Source: Myxococcota bacterium (GTDB lineage: Bacteria > Myxococcota_A > UBA9042 > PHBI01 > JAWLBL01). Taken from it: a DNA stretch of 64,000 nucleotides. Location: positions 256,001 to 320,000 of the forward strand of contig JAWLBL010000004.1 in assembly GCA_041687695.1 (NCBI GenBank), in the 5' to 3' direction. The notes below the pieces were generated by a model. It searched no databases. It was not told the origin of the DNA and saw nothing but the letters and a program-made list of their open reading frames with translations. How positions within the stretch are numbered: the stretch's first letter is position 1; each line of letters starts with the position of its first letter. Positions 63,434-64,000 of the stretch are shown piece by piece. Position numbers and translations under genes: made by a program.

Positions 63434-64000
63434 GTGACGCGAGCGACGACGACCCGGGGGCTGAAGGGCTGGGGGGGCATGGCTCTGGCCCTGGCCCTGG
63501 GCGGGGCCGTGGCGGTGGCCGCGTGCGCGCATGGTGACGCGGGGGGCAGGGCGCCGGTGACGCCGGCCGAGGACGGCGAGCGAATCGTGTACCCGAAGAC
63601 GCGCAAGGGCGAGCAGGTCGACGACTACCACGGGGTGAAGGTCGCGGATCCGTACCGCTGGCTCGAGGACACGTACGCGCCCGAGACGCGGGCGTGGATC
63701 GAGGCGCAGAACGCGCTGACCCACGACTTCCTGTCGCGCGTGCCCGAGCGGGCGGCCATCCGGTCGCGGCTCGAGCAGGTCTGGAACTACGAGCGGACGA
63801 GCCCGCCGGCGGTGCGCGGCCAGCGCTACTTCTTCACGCGCAACGACGGGCTGCAGAACCAGCCGGTGTACTACGTGCAGGACGGCCTGGGCGGGGCCCC
63901 GCGCGTGCTCATCGACCCGAACACGTTGTCGGACGACGGGACCGTGGCGGTCAGCGGCTACTGGGCGAGCCGTGACGGCGCGCGGGTCGCGTACGCGGTG
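63434..64000 (+). CDS. Prolyl oligopeptidase (S9A), 3'-truncated by window edge; absent from ORF track
   Basis: Manual translation: lipobox VAAC, YPKTRKGEQVDDYHGVKVADPYRWLED, NDGLQNQ, LIDPNTLSDDGTVA. Confidence 0.92.
   Translation, partial: MTRATTTRGLKGWGGMALALALGGAVAVAACAHGDAGGRAPVTPAEDGERIVYPKTRKGEQVDDYHGVKVADPYRWLEDTYAPETRAWIEAQNALTHDFLSRVPERAAIRSRLEQVWNYERTSPPAVRGQRYFFTRNDGLQNQPVYYVQDGLGGAPRVLIDPNTLSDDGTVAVSGYWASRDGARVAYAV

Overview
Very GC-rich bacterial chromosomal window. Gene content and style (Cys-rich and Ig/vWA surface lipoproteins, TSP3-OmpA protein, multiheme cytochrome) point to Myxococcota or a related deltaproteobacterial lineage; this is an inference. Core blocks: tilS-ftsH-folP-glmM-nnr, rpsA, clpP, rimP-nusA-ylxR-infB-rbfA-truB-rpsO-pnp-dut, trmB, hslO, tRNA-Cys and a lone nuoB. 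These are interleaved with many envelope and secreted proteins. No integrase, transposase, phage gene, cas gene or CRISPR array was recognised. Most notable: (1) a two-gene Cys-rich surface lipoprotein pair, one ending in what looks like a full two-lobed BPI/LBP/CETP (TULIP) lipid-binding module; (2) a translationally coupled beta-barrel plus 13-heme cytochrome c pair; (3) a 41-bp hairpin-forming tandem array and two 25-bp arrays in intergenic DNA; (4) several apparent pseudo-enzymes (HtrA-like, M16 pair, acyl-CoA ligase); (5) a 54-aa ORF missing from the ORF track; (6) an attenuator-like rimP leader. All family calls come from motif recognition by eye, not database searches, and many start codons were re-chosen from the ORF track.
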